From the human T2T-CHM13v2.0 reference genome, Homo sapiens, in the NCBI RefSeq assembly GCF_009914755.1, contig NC_060940.1: a stretch of 64,000 nucleotides of DNA, one strand, 5' to 3'. Both the position numbers and the translations under genes were made by a program. Shown one piece after another: positions 1 to 20,711 of this stretch. The first letter of the stretch is position 1. Each line of letters starts with the position of its first letter. The notes beneath the pieces are model-generated. The model was not told where the DNA came from. It saw only the letters and a program-made list of their open reading frames with translations, and did not search any database.

Positions 1-296
1 CAATGGCTCATGCCTATAATCCCAGCACTTCGCGAGGCCGAGGCAGGTGGATCACCTGAGGTCAGGAGTTCAAGACCAGCCTAGCCAAGATGGTGAAACC
101 CTGTCTCTACTAAAAATACAAAAATTAGCCAGGTGTATTGGTGCATGCCTGTAATCTCAGCTACTCGGGAGGCTGAGGCAGGGAATTGCTTGAACCCGGG
201 AGGCGGAGGTTGCAGAGCCAAGATTGTACCACTGCACTCCAGCCTGGGTGACAGAGTGAGACTCCGTCTCAAAAAAAAAAAAAAAAAAAAAAAAAT
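1..296 (+). mobile_element. Alu (S-type), cut by the window start
   Basis: Alu consensus and A-tail. Confidence 0.95.
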
Positions 297-888
297 CAAG
301 TTGTGGTTTATAGGCACTGGGGTGGCATAATTTAATTGGCAGTGTTTTTTTTCTTAGTGTTATGTTTAATAATCTTACAATCGATGGCATTTTAGATTTG
401 ATGAAAAACAATATATAATTTCTAAACAAAATTTTGATTGTCTTAGTCATATTACTTTAAACTTGCCTTTTCTACCCAATATATTGTAAATACCTGAACA
501 AGTCAATATTTATCTACAATGTTATTTTTAAGGAATGAATACCCATTATAGGAATAACATGATTTATTTGATTAACTCTCCATTTGGGGGTGTTTAGGTT
601 GCTTCCAGTTTTTCTGTAACTGCTGTAATATGACGTAACAGATGCACTTATAGCTAAATTTTTGACACCTAATTATTTCTTTGGGATATGTCCTAGAAGT
701 AAAGTAGCTGAGTTAAGGGCCATTCACAAGAAAAATAATTAAACGGTATTCACATAATAAAGGTTTTTTGGCCAAATTGCCCTTTGGAAAGAGTGTACCC
801 ATTTTTGCTCCCATTGATCGTTCTTGATAGTAACTGTCCCTATACTGCCAACCTTTTATCTGCAAAAATGTTAAAAAGAATTTTTTAG

Positions 889-2515
<1,627 letters not shown>

Positions 2516-4030
2516 AGAGAATTTATCTAAAATTCACTCGAACTCTTTGCCCAGCTTTAATCCCTTTTAGCTTAATCCTATTCTTGGTGAAATGTTGATT
2601 TGGTTCAAACAGGTGAATCTGACCAAGAAATATGGTGATCAGAATGGTTGAACACACACTGTAACAACGGGTAATTGAGCATTAATTTCCTGAAGACCTT
2701 TGGGAAACCTTTGACAAGAAAACATGGTTCAGGAGACCAGATGATTTCCTGTCTGATAACATGAGAGAGATGCTGATGTCATTCTAATAATGAGATGGAG
2801 ATGTTTAGCCTTTAACCTGTGAAGATGGCAATTGTGAGTGGATTGGGACGTAGGGTTGGAACATGGTTCATATACAACTGAACCAAGGGCAGCTACAATC
2901 CATCAGTGCAAAGGTAATTTAGGGAAAGGAAAAAGTACCTAAGATTAATTGCAGTCAGACGGAGACTGCTTTTAAAGTACTTTGAAGTACAAAGACCTCG
3001 TGTAGTCCATGATCCAACCAAATGTTACTCATTGAAGGCCAAGGAGCAATGTGTTGGGTAGGGACTGAAAACAAGCTTGGTGCTTTGAACACTGTTCCTG
3101 AGAGCATCAACGGAAGCTATCGAGGGGGACAGGAGATGACCCATGTGACCAAGATGCAGTGTTGAGACCCGTGGGTAGTTTGATTGAAAAGCCTTTTAAT
3201 CTCAGTGTGAAGGAGTTGCTTATAAGTGACAGAAATATAACCTCTGACAGGGATGCGCTGATGAAAAATTGATACCAGTGTCACTTTCTTGGCATGGGGG
3301 GGACCAAACCAAGACAGTCGGAGGCTCCATCTATGTGAGTCAGCGGCCACTGAGGAGGAACAGGAATCAGGAGGCTCGTCTGGTTGGTGATAGAATCCAC
3401 CGACTGTGCTGCCTGAATGAAGGGGAGAGATTTGTGTGAATTATGAATAGCCATGCAGGTGAGGGAGGAGTGAGGTTCTGTGAGAAAGGGAGGCAGGCCA
3501 GGTCATGGATCAGGGAGGACCCGCAGGGACATTTAATCTGAGCAGGGGTCCAACTGCAAAAGGAAAAAATGATATCAAAAAAGGTGATGGAAGAAAGGTC
3601 TTGTTCCTCTGGCAACTATTCTTCTCGCTAAGCCAGTTGAGGGGGTTCATAGAAGGACATTGAGCTTTGCGGGACAATAATAGTCCCTGAAAGAGAGACT
3701 TTCATTTCCAGCATCAGCCGTGATCAAAGATGGAAGGGTGGGCCTTATCTGGGCCTGTGTCCTCTGAAGACCTGCTGAAACTGTTGAATATAAGGGAAGA
3801 GGACTCAGCACTGATTTCATTTCTGGCAGTGTGTGGGAATACCACTGTGTCAATTACAGACATTTATTTCATGGAATTTGAAGCATTAGCCTACCTTCAT
3901 ATTAAAACGTTAGCCAAAGTGTAATAAAATCAGTGTTTCTCTCCTTGTCTCAAATGAACATAAAAGATGTCAAAAGTGGAGACTGCTGATAAGATGAAAG
4001 TTGAAAGAATTTTTGGAATAAAAGAAAAAT

Positions 4031-5215
<1,185 letters not shown>

Positions 5216-5416
5216 TAGTGTGCATTTTCATCTGGCCACTTTTGCCAGATCCTGCCCTTTTGGTAAAATACTAAATGAAATATGAAGATCTCCCTTTTGC
5301 AGTGGGAGGAACCAGGGCATCTGGGTCAAATCCCCAGGAGTCTCATCAGTCAGAGCCTTGAGCAAGAATGCCCGGGAGAGAAAACATCCCTACATGCTAT
5401 TTAATGGTGTTTGTCA

Positions 5417-5799
5417 TGTTAAATAAGTAAGCAAGAGGCCGTTAGCCTGAAGCTGTCTCCATACTTCCAGTTCTTACATAGCAAACTACAACCTAACTTA
5501 GTACGTAAACCAACCAAAACCCAAATTAGGAGTATATGTTTTTTGTAACAAATAGCTGGGTTCCAGCCAGTCACAGGCAGGCAGCTGATCAGACCACGCC
5601 CAAATAAGGCAGACGCCCAGCTGTAGCTGTTTAGATGATTTCTCTACCTTGCTTCCGTGTTCAGCCTCTAAAGACTTGCCGCTCACACTGCTTGGCAGCG
5701 CTCTCTGAGCCTCTCCTGGTTCTGAGTGCTGCCCAGTTCCTGGATCATTCTTAAATAAACTTGGTTAAATTTATTTTGTCTAATGTTTGTCTTTAAACA
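5417..5799 (+). mobile_element. Solo ERV LTR (ERV1/MER4-group-like)
   Basis: TGTTAAA...TTTAAACA termini, about 380 bp, internal AATAAA 5754-5759; subfamily not determined. Confidence 0.65.
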
Positions 5800-5980
5800 G
5801 TAGCACTCTGGTCCTCAACCAAGAGTTGTCCGCTTTGGGGGGTGTGTAGAACCTCCAGATCTCACTGTTCTTGGGGCCAGCCCTCCTAGTGGTGCAAAAT
5901 GTGTACCTTCTTCCAGGAGATCAGATCTGAGCAGAAGATTGTGATTAAAATGGAGCCTAGAAATGTCTGTGGACCCATTA

Positions 5981-6202
5981 CAGGTTGAGTGTTCCTGTTC
6001 TGAAATGCCCCCAAATCCAGAACTTTTTGAGTTCCGACATGATGCTTAAAGGAAATACTGGAGAATTTAGGATTTCAGGTTTTCAGATTAGGGATGTTCA
6101 GCTGGTATGTATTCTGCAGATATTCCAAAATCTGAAAACAAAAAATCCAAAATCTGAAACACTTCTGGTCCCAAGCATCTAGAGAAGGGGCTACTCAACC
6201 TG
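5981..6202. mobile_element. Tigger4a-like non-autonomous DNA transposon
   Basis: TA|CAGGTTGAGT...ACTCAACCTG|TA terminal inverted repeats with TA target duplication. Confidence 0.85.
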
Positions 6203-6521
6203 TATAATTCCTCCCTAGTCATCTTGATCCTACCTCAATGCCAGTGCTAGGGAAGGCTGCTCACTTTGAGATCAGGATTGGGAAGCCACCTGGCACATGG
6301 CCATGTAGTAGAGTCCTTATAAATTTCAGTTCATCTTCCTTTTCTGCCCATTCTTCCTTTCAGCAAAGCATGGTGAAACTCATGGGCTTGGGGGGCAGAG
6401 CTGAGTTTGAATCCCATTGAAGAGTTACATAGTTTCTCTGAGCCTCAGTTTCCTCAGTGGTGATGGTGATTCCACCTTAAAGGATGAAGGCAAGGATTGC
6501 ATACATGGTGTTAGCCTGTAG

Positions 6522-6915
<394 letters not shown>

Positions 6916-7076
6916 TTACGTATCTGTTTCTGGACTAGCTTCTGAGGGGCTGATCAATGCAGTCCACTAACCAGACATCCCAGTTTAAATAAGAAGTGGC
7001 AGTGAGTACAGGTAATATCTATCAGTGTAGATACATCAGGCTTAATAGTAGAAGTTAGGACTTTTTTCTTCATATA

Positions 7077-7977
7077 CAGTTAGCTCTGCTATAACATATG
7101 TGCTCCTAAAAGTCAGCACGTGATGCAAAATTATGCAGTTAAAAACCATAGAGGGTAGGCACGTTGGTTTGTGATACCAGCACTTTGAGAGGCTGAAGTG
7201 GGAGGATTATTTGAGCCCAAGAGTTCGAGACCAGCCTGGGCAAAGCAAGACCCTGTCTCTACGAAATAAAAAGATTAGCTGGGCCTCGTGGCATGCACTT
7301 GTTTTCCTAGCTACTTGGGAGGCTGAGGCAGGGGTATCACTTGAACCCAAGAATCAGAGGCTGTAGTGAGCTATGATCACACCACCACACTCCAGCTCGG
7401 GCAACAGAGCAAGACTCTGTCTTTAAAAAAATAAAAAGAAAAATATGTTAAAAGGATAAAAACCACAGGGCTTGTGGGGAAAAGTGAGTAGGAATGTAAT
7501 ACTAAAAATATTTGTCAATGACACATTAAAAAGGAACCTAATAATGATAGCAGTTTTACACATGTTAAATGATTACGAAATAGATAACACTACAGTAAAT
7601 ATGGCATTTTCTCTTGAGAAGACCTGAAGTTTGCTTGTGGAAGCAGGTGTCAGAAGTTGGAGCTTGTGAGTATTACTGTGAACTGGTGCATGGAGGGCTA
7701 TCTGAAATCAGATGGGAGTTGTAACTCCAGATGTTGACGGTGTAGCCTATTAATACATTGTAAACTGAGGAGGTTGCTAGATGCCTGTGGGTTTTGTGCA
7801 TTCTTGTGTAACTAGGTTTAGCTGGGGGAAGTCTTCTGTGTTCATCTAGTGTTTCTCACAGACAAAATCACGCATAAGCAAATAGAATTCCCATTATGCT
7901 CACATCGTCCGCTTCTATATCAATAGCATTGGAACAAATTTGCATTTTCAAAGCAAGCATTACCGCAGAACTGACTG
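7077..7977. mobile_element. TcMar/Tigger-like DNA transposon interrupted by Alu + (about 7157-7443)
   Basis: TA|CAGTTAGCTCTGC...GCAGAACTGACTG|TA imperfect TIRs. Confidence 0.7.
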
Positions 7978-8426
7978 TAGTAGCTTCCCAGAAAAGGTCA
8001 ACTTCTCCTAGACAGTACCCAAAAGTAGAAGTAAATAAATTCAGTGTAAAACATAAAGGCCCACAGCACCATTAATATCCTTGAGAAAGTGGTAAGCATT
8101 ATATAAATACATTTTTGCATCCTTTATATATAGGTTACTATATTCTGGGTAAGTAGAGTTATTGTCAGACTGCATGCAAATAACAGGAGTGTGGGGATAA
8201 GTGGTCCTTGGCTGTATTTTGTACTGATCGGGCTTGTGTATTATCTCTGAATCACCTGCTACCTTGGCATTCTTTCAGTAGTGCACATAAGCCATCCTCA
8301 GCACCTTGATCTTATATTAGCTTACAAACAGATTTGACTTCATAGGTAGAGCAGTATAAAATAACCATATGTTGTGTTTCTGTATTCACCCAGATCTCGT
8401 TTAAGATACTCTGTAAATGAATCTTA

Positions 8427-8823
<397 letters not shown>

Positions 8824-9247
8824 TTAACAGGTTGGGTAGACGAAAAAGCCTGGAGGGCCTATAGATGATCTTGTGGAGGGGTCTATGAAACCCAGAAATT
8901 GCAATACAAATTTTTGTCCTAAGTGCATTTTGAAGGGAAAGGGTCCTCAGCTTTCATCATGTTCCTAAAGGGACCTTTGTGAAATGGTGGAGAAATGCTG
9001 AATTTTTTTAAAAAATCCATGGAATATATATTCCTGTCAGTCATTTAGGGAAATTTAGAGTGATCTATAGTGGATCCTGGTCCATTGATTCCATACAGGG
9101 GAGCTATTATAGTTTCTTCAAGAAGCACTCCTGGCTGGCACCCTCAGCCACAGCAGGAACTGGCTTCGCCATTGGGTCGGCCTCGCATGTCATCTTTGAT
9201 GCTTCCTGTAAATTAGCCACATGAGTGATGAAGGTCTTCCTTTCTAA

Positions 9248-9394
<147 letters not shown>

Positions 9395-10431
9395 TAGGTC
9401 ATCAACTGAGAAGACCTGAGACTCTGGAACTGACACCATGAGTCACCCAATGGCTTCTTGAAACGGTCCCTTTCTGCGGAGGTAGCATAGCACAGTGACG
9501 TTTATTCCGGGTCACTTGATTGCTTTTCCTATCCACTTACCTTAATATTGCTCCCATGTCTTAGGACATATTAGAATTATTAGAAGATCTCTGGGAAACA
9601 AAAGGCGCATGGGAGGCCAAGATTTAGAGTGTTGATGCATTCCGCCGTACCCTATGCCCAGCCTGTCCCTAAAGGCAGAGTGCTTCTTATTCGGCAGGGC
9701 TTCGTGAGAATGCCGCCAAGTTATCCAAAACCAAAGGATGAGAGAGGCTTCCAAGAGAGGGAAGACTGTCCAAGTTCAAGGAGAAGGGGTTTGGTTCCCT
9801 GTCTGCCAGGGACAGAAAGTTCTTTCCACATGTGTCTCCTGGTCCCGAGAGCTTTCAAAAGGGGATGTATTCTGCTCCAAGAAAGAATCACCTCCCAGTA
9901 AAGTAGCCATGAAGGGCTCCTGTATAAAATATGCACACTTCCCCTGCCCTGAGTTTGTGGAGGGAAAGGCTGTCGGAAGTAGGGACTCTTAGGAGAGCCC
10001 GTGTGCCCTGTTTGGTTCAGCTGTCAGGCGTGTGCCACACACATCCCACCTCATCTTCTGGTCCCATAATTCTCCATGGATGGGCTGCTTTTAGCTCCAG
10101 TTTTCCAGTAGAATGCTTGAGTTTTCCTTTTTTCCGTACCTCCTGGAGGATGAAACTCATAACCTGTCATCATCAGTACTCACTGTGTTTTCCACTTTGA
10201 CTTGAAGTCAAATGAAGTTACCAAAGTTAAACATGGACTTCTCAAATTAGAAAAAAACAAACAACAAAAAAACAGGTTAAGTGTTTTGTTATGAAAATTA
10301 TGAAAATGTTCTTATTATTATGGAAAATTTCAAATAGATATAGAGAGAATAATGTTACAAACCCCCACATACTCAACATTTAGCTTCAAAAATTATCAAC
10401 TCATGGCGGGTTTTGTTTCATCTGTACAAAC

Positions 10432-10660
10432 TAGTCGGCACACTATGATGGCCTGTGGACAAAATCCGGCCCTCTGACTGTTTTTGTAAATAAGGTTTTA
10501 TTGGAACACAGCCACACATATTTGTTGACTTATTGTTTTTGGCTGTTTTTGTACTTCATTGGCAGAGTTGAGTAATTGCAGCAGACTCTATGGCTTGCAA
10601 AACCTAAAATAATTACTTTGTGTAGCGCTTTATAGAAAAAATTTGCTAACTCCCGATCTG
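10432..10660. mobile_element. MER58-like hAT-Charlie element
   Basis: Typical core ...tttttgtaaataaggttttattggaacacagccac... Confidence 0.65.
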
Positions 10661-12644
10661 TAACCCCCAACCTATCCGCCGCACCCTGATCTAGGTAATT
10701 TTGAAGCAAATCCCAAATGTCACATCATCTATCCATATTTCACTATGTATTTCTAAAACATATTCTTTTATTCAAAATAAAACTCTAATATCATTAACAG
10801 TATTTTGTTTATATTATCAAATACCCAGTCAATATTTGACTTTCTATAATTGTGTCACAAATTAAACATTGACTTTAACAGTATGTATTACACACTTGTA
10901 CTTTGTGTACTTTATAACATGTGCACTTTAAAACAGCAGGAGCTCTGTGTACTGTGGCTTTTTTTTTTTTAGACAGAGTCTCGCTCTGTTGCCCAGGCTG
11001 GAGTGCAGTGGTGCAATCTCCAGCTCACTGCAACCTCCACCTCCTGGGTTCAAGCGATTCTCCTGTCTCAGCCTCCTAAGTAGCTGGGATTACAGGCGCC
11101 CGCCACTATGCCCAACTAATTTTTTGTATTTTTAGTAGAGACAGGGTTTCACCATTTTGGCCAGGCTGGTCTTGAACTCTTGACCTTGTGATTCGCCTGC
11201 CTTTGCCTCCCAAAGTGCTGGGATTACAGATGTGAGCCACTGCGCCCAGCCTACTGTGGCTTCTTCTTAACCTCTCTTGTCTAGGAGGGACGTAGGCCTT
11301 GACCCAGTGAGCATTTGCATGGAATTTAAGTAAAGATATTCAGTGGTACCTTCTAAGGATCGCTGGGGACTTGCTCTCCTCTAGGTGTTGAGGTGGGACA
11401 CTACTAATCAAGCTGTCTTATTTCAGGGTAGTTTTCATGTTTTCCTGGGAGATGGCTCACCTGTACGCCCTGCATAGCTTACTAGTCCTTCCTGAGTTTT
11501 AGGTCAAGAACTTTGAGCCTCTAGCTCTCATTTCTGCTCTGTAATCACAGGGGATCCAGAGAGAACAGAATGAATGCTTAAGCTTTCATTTCTCATTAAT
11601 GGCAGAAGTCCTGCCTCCAGGGAAGTATTAACCATGGTGAAAACAATTTTGAAACTACAGATGGAGCCATGATCTCAACAGACCTAGTCCCTGGGGAGCA
11701 AGATTGAACCACCGATTCACTTAATCATGGCTGTCCCTGCATAGGAAACCCACAGGAAACTTGTATGAGAATGGGTCCTTTTATCCGGGAGCAATAAGTA
11801 TTGGACCTAGTAGCTCAGGGTGAATGCATCCATTTGCTCATCAGTCACTCTTAAGCAGTGTTCAGACCACAGGTAAGCAAAGAGTGATCACTGTGAAACA
11901 GGAGGATTGAGGAGGCCTCACAGAGGGAAGTGGCTCCAACTCTTGCAAGAAGATGATCCAGGTTGGGGGGACAGTGGAGGTGGCTGCCTGCATATGGGAA
12001 GGGAAAGGATGTGTTTGGGGAAGGATGCATGGGGTGGTTATGCTGGAGTGGAAGGGTTGTATGAAGTAAAGAAGTCCAAGTGTGCCCGGTGGGGCTCTCA
12101 GGTTTGGGGGAGATGCCCACCAGAGCCAAAGAGGGTGGAAGGGCTGACTGGGCCTCCAGTCACTGTTCTGTACAAGATTTCAACTGAAATAAAGAGTGCA
12201 ATCGTGCTTCTTAGAAGTGGAAATTCACCACAGCAGAGTACTTTTAGTTAAACATGTGGCTTGAACATGTGTTTATTTCTATTCTTCCTGAAAACCCACT
12301 AAAATAGTAATAAAAGTATTAAAAAGGCATAAACCTTCAACAATAAAGGGATGGAAGAGGAGAAACAGCATATGGGAGATGTTAATCAAAGTTTAGTTTC
12401 TGATAGATAAATGGCAGAGCCGAGAGAATGAAACCCACACCTGCAGGATGAGGAATCCACCAGGAAGCCGGCTGATGTGCACCATGGGGCTCTGGAAAGC
12501 CTCAGCGATTAGAGGCACCAAGGATGGGTGTGGAATGAGATTAAAACCTTGGCTGGGCTCGGTTGCTCACGCCTGTAATCCCAGCACTTTGGGAGGCCGA
12601 GGCAGGTGGATCATGAAGTCAGGAGATTGAGACCATCCTGGCTA

Positions 12645-12869
<225 letters not shown>

Positions 12870-12909
12870 TCAGTTGGAAGATGAGTTGGAAGTTTGTGCA
12901 GGGAGTTAG

Positions 12910-12912
<3 letters not shown>

Positions 12913-12946
<34 letters not shown>
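12913..12946. repeat. (CA)17 microsatellite
   Basis: Direct count. Confidence 0.95.
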
Positions 12947-12947
<1 letters not shown>

Positions 12948-13331
12948 CCTCATGACTGCCTCTGACATTGAGAAGCTGCAGAGAGAGTAGGAGGACCAGG
13001 TCGGGGGACACAAACTATAGCTGAAGGCCAGGATGAACTCAGAAACAAGAGATTAAATGCGGATGCTATCTCCATTCCCCAGGCTGAAAATTGGAGGGTA
13101 GTTTTGTTTGTTTGTTTGTTTGTTTTTGCTGGGGAAAGTGATAGTCTAAGAGAAAGAAACATAGATTGTGATATTTGGGAACCTTCTAGTGAAATAGCTG
13201 AGACTCTTCCTGGTCACTCTACAGTCTGCAGCCCTCATCTGAGGATACAGAACTCAGTCAGTGTTTTAGTGGCTCACTGTTAAATGCGAATGAACACAGC
13301 TGGGCACGGTGGCTCACACCTGTAATAGTAG

Positions 13332-13613
<282 letters not shown>

Positions 13614-13616
13614 TAA

Positions 13617-13814
<198 letters not shown>

Positions 13815-13816
13815 TA

Positions 13817-14188
<372 letters not shown>

Positions 14189-14228
14189 TTAGAAATTAAT
14201 ATATATGACAACAGAAATGAAAAATTCA

Positions 14229-14639
<411 letters not shown>

Positions 14640-14860
14640 TTAGCAAGAACTTGCGGAATAGCAGGAAAGAACAGAGAAACAGGCAATAGGAAATCATTAG
14701 AAAAGAAAATTGCCAGAACTCAAGTATCCAGATTCAAACAGCTCACCACATGCCTAGCCCAGAGGATAAAAAAAGACTCACCCCAAGGCTCATCTGATTG
14801 AATTTCTGAGTGCCAAGAGACAGCCTCAGAAACTTCCAGAGGGAAAAAACAGAGTACCTA

Positions 14861-15109
<249 letters not shown>

Positions 15110-17346
15110 CTAGCTACTTGGGAGGCTGAGGTGGGAGGATCACTTGAGCTGGGAGGTCGAGGCTGCAGTGAGCCATGATCATGCCACTGCACTCCAGCCT
15201 GGGCAACAGAGCAAGACCCTGTCTCAAAGAAACAAAAAAGAAAATGATTTCCTGTCTAGAAATCAACTTTGAGTTATTTTAACATTTGAATATGAGAGTA
15301 GAAGTCAAGGCATCTTCAGACATTCTGGGCTTCAAAAAATTAACCTTGATACATCCTGTCTTGGAAGCTACTCCATGATTTATCGCACCAAATCCCACCA
15401 GGAAGCCAAGAAAGAAGAATGAATGGGATGCAAGACACAGGGAACTTAACCCCGAGGCCATGGAATCTCCCAGGAGGAGGAGAAGGGAAGGCAAGTCAGG
15501 TCAAGGACACAGAGCAGGTGTGAGGTGGACACACAACTGTCCCCGTCAGATGAGGGAGAGATGTGGCCGAGAGAGGAAGGCCACTGCCAGGCCACCTGTC
15601 CCGTCTGAGAATCTGGGGATGCATCAGTGATAGGTTCTTGAAAACCACACAGAAGACGACAAGGAAGTTCTCACCTCCAGAAAAAAGAAAAAAGTTGTTA
15701 CAAGTAAGGAAATGTACTTATAGTATTCTACATTGTCATCCAAACCCTGAATATTGATTTAATGGTGAGTTTCCATATTGAGAGGACGAGGGGAGGAGAT
15801 AGTTGAAGGATGGAATACAATACCTACATCCTCATCCCTCATCTTTGGTAGTGGAAAGTCCATAAGCGATAGCAAATATGGCAAAAATCAAGAAATAATG
15901 AGCCAGGCTTGGTGGTGCACACCTGAGACTACTCAGCTACTCAGGAGGCTGAGGCTGGAGGATAGTTTGAGCCCAGCAGTTCAAATCCAGTTTGGGCAAC
16001 ATAGTGAGATCCTGTCTCTGTATTAAAGAAAAGACAAAAAGCAATGAAATAGACATGTTATTTAGAGACACAGATGTACACATATACTAGTAGAAGCAAT
16101 TGAGAGTTGAAAGTGGTTGCCTTCGGGGAACAGGAGTCAGCAATGGGGCAAGAGACCATCGTTTTTCATTATATTCCCTGCAGTCCTGTTTATGTTTCAA
16201 AACTATATACATATGACTTCGGGCCGGGTGCAGGGGCTCACACCTGTAATCCTAGCACTTTGGGAGGCTGAGGCGAGAGGATTGCTTGAGCCCAGGAGTT
16301 TGAGACTAGCCTGAGCCACACGGGGAGGCTTCCATGTCTACAAAAATTTTTTTTAAAAATTAGTTGAATGTGATGGTGCATTCCTGTGGTCCTAGCTATT
16401 CAGGAGGCTAAGGTGGGAGGATCACTTGAGCCTGGGAGGTGAGGCTGCAGTGAGCCATGATCCTGCTACTCTACTCTAGCCTGGACTAACAGAGTGAGAC
16501 CCTGTCAAAAAAAAAAAAAATCTTTGGTAACAAAAATAAATAAAAATCACTAGTTTAGACAAATTATGAGAAAGCTAGGAAGGTTCCAGATTTTTGTGAG
16601 CCTTGTGTACTTACTAAAGGATTTTGACTCAAGGGCAATGGGGAGTCAATGGAAGTGTTGTTGTTGTTGTTGTTGTTGTTTGAGACAGGATCTCACTCTG
16701 TCGCCCAGGCTGGAATGTAGCAGCATAATCATAGTTCACTGTAGCCTTGATCTCCCAGGCACAAGCAGTCCTCCCACCTCAGCTGCCCAAGTAGCTGGGA
16801 CCAAGGGCGCACACTCCACCACCCCCAGCTAATTTTTAAAAAATATTTTTGTAGAGATGGGGGTCTCCCTCTGTTGCTTAGGCTGGTCAATTGAAGTTTT
16901 TGAGCAGGAGTGTGACCGAAGGGCTCAGTCTAGTGGGTTACTCTGATGGCTATTTGTAGGCTGGATGGAGTGGGGAGGTTAATTCTGGGGTAGGAGCAGT
17001 AGTCCAGGGGTGAGGTGATACAGATCTGGACATAGGAATGGAAAATGGAAAGTCAGTGGCAGGGAGACTGAAAAAGCAGCAGTCAGGCTGAATGATTGAT
17101 AGCAGCGGGAATGATGTTGGCCTGGTTTCATCCCTGGGAGGAGAATTGACATGAGGAGACTGAAGAAAGGCCTGGGTGTGGGGAGAGAGCTGTGGCATTC
17201 AATTGAATGAAGGGTGACAGCCGGTCATGAAGGTGAGGCACTCTAGCAGGCAGAATCCAGACAAAATCTGGGAACTGACTGTGGGTCCTAGGAACCACTT
17301 GAGGGGAAACCATTTTTAGGGAGGCCTTGAGTTTAAAAAAAAATCA

Positions 17347-17496
<150 letters not shown>

Positions 17497-18109
17497 TCAA
17501 AACAAAACAAAACCAAAGACCATGCAACATGTTTACACTGGCACCTTATATCAGGTGAGTTTCAGTTGCAAGTAACAAAAGTTGTTAGCAACATTGGCTT
17601 AAATAAGGAAGGGAATGTATTGGCTCATGTAACTGAAAATTCTAGATATCAATCCTGATTCCAAGCGAAGCTTGGGCTACTCAACAATATCACCAAGGAA
17701 TTGGCTTTTCTCCCATTTTTCTGCTCTGCCATCCACTGGGTCAACTTCCTATTGTCTTCGGGTCCAAAATAATAGCCAGTGGCCCCCAGGACCACATGCT
17801 TCCTCAGTCATATTCAGAAAGGATGAGCAACTATTATTTTTCCTAGATTTGCTAGCGGATGTCCTGAGATTGGCTGTGGCTGGCTCAACATACATCACAT
17901 GTGCACTTCTGGTCCAGGCAACCATGCAACTCTGAGGTTGGGAACAGAGTCAGCTTCCCCAGAACCACATGGATCCCCAAATTAGAAATTGAGAGCTAAT
18001 GGCAAGGAGGGATTGGGTGCTGCAGAGGCAACCACAGATGTCTGCTATAATCAGCTAAGCCCCAGCAACCTCTGTGACAGGGCCTGCCCGGCTGTGCTAG
18101 GCATCCTGA

Positions 18110-18505
<396 letters not shown>

Positions 18506-18847
18506 TGAAATTCCTCAAATTCCAGTGTGCCTCACTCAGCAGCTCCATATCTAGCCTCTGTGTTTAAGGAATCAACGTGTCTAAAACTGAATTCCCCGTC
18601 TTTCTTCCGAGATCGGCTTTCATTTCTGCCCCCTTCATTCAAGTCCATTTTCCCTGACTTGCACCCTGACTTGCTTTGACTTCTCCCATCCCTCACCTTT
18701 CCAGATGAAAGCAATCACCAGGCAACATAGTGAGACCCTGTCTCTAAAAAAAAACAAAAACAAAAACAAAAACCTGCTACTGTTTTTTGTTAGATCTTTA
18801 TTATCTGACACATTCTCAGGGATGAAGGATCCTTGGGCTCATCTAGA

Positions 18848-19080
18848 TCAGGGATTGGCAAATAATAGTCCATGGGCCAAGCTGGCCTGCCACTTCATTT
18901 TGTTAATAAAGTTTCATTGAAACATAAGAACACCCAGCAGTTTACATATTAATGGTGGCTGCTTTCGTGGTACAATGGTAGAGTTAAGTATCACAATAAA
19001 GACTGTACAGCTCAGAAATCCTAAAGTAGCCTAAGCCTACTGTCTGACCCTTTGCTGAAAAAGTTTGTTATCTTTGGTCT
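18848..19080. mobile_element. MER58-like hAT-Charlie element
   Basis: cagggattggcaaa...aataaagtttcattgaaaca... pattern. Confidence 0.6.
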
Positions 19081-19287
19081 AGCTGAGCCTCCTTCTTTCT
19101 GATGCTTGATCATCTTCTGCCCCTTCCCATCTGAATTGCTAGAGCAGCCTCTAAATTGTTCTCTCCATTGGCCTTCTCTCTCTTCCAATCCATCTGGCCT
19201 GTTCCCCTCAGAGCAGTCTTCAAATGTTACTGTCATTGCATCCATTTACTGGCTCAAAACCTTTTGTGGTCTTTACCTAAAGAGTAA

Positions 19288-19726
<439 letters not shown>

Positions 19727-19762
19727 TAAATTTTCTTTTCTTTTCTTTTTTCTTTTTTTTAA

Positions 19763-20183
<421 letters not shown>

Positions 20184-20537
20184 TGAGCTGGAGGTGGGGA
20201 AGCCCAGCTGCAAAGCCTCTTTGGTAGGGAGACGTGGGACTCCCAAGTTGGCTGATTATATTTTCTCAGAGCACTTTAGATGCGAAGGTTGGGATCTACA
20301 GCAGAACTAACACAGGATATGATGGTGCATTGCAGGCTGGAAATGTTTTGAGCTGGGTCCCTGACTTTTTTTTTTTTTTTTTTTTGAGACAAGGTCTCAT
20401 TCTGTGTCACCCAGGGTGGAGTGCAGTGGCATGATCATGGCTTATTGCAGCCTTGACCTCCTGGGCTGAAGTGATCCTCCCACCTCAGCCCCCTCAAGTA
20501 GCTGGGACTACAGGCATGCACAGTCACACCTGGCTAA

Positions 20538-20711
<174 letters not shown>

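Noticed and set aside
2560-3700. Possible ancient LINE (CR1/L2) remnant or processed pseudogene
   Set aside because: No ORF or motif I can identify with confidence; needs RepeatMasker/BLAST.
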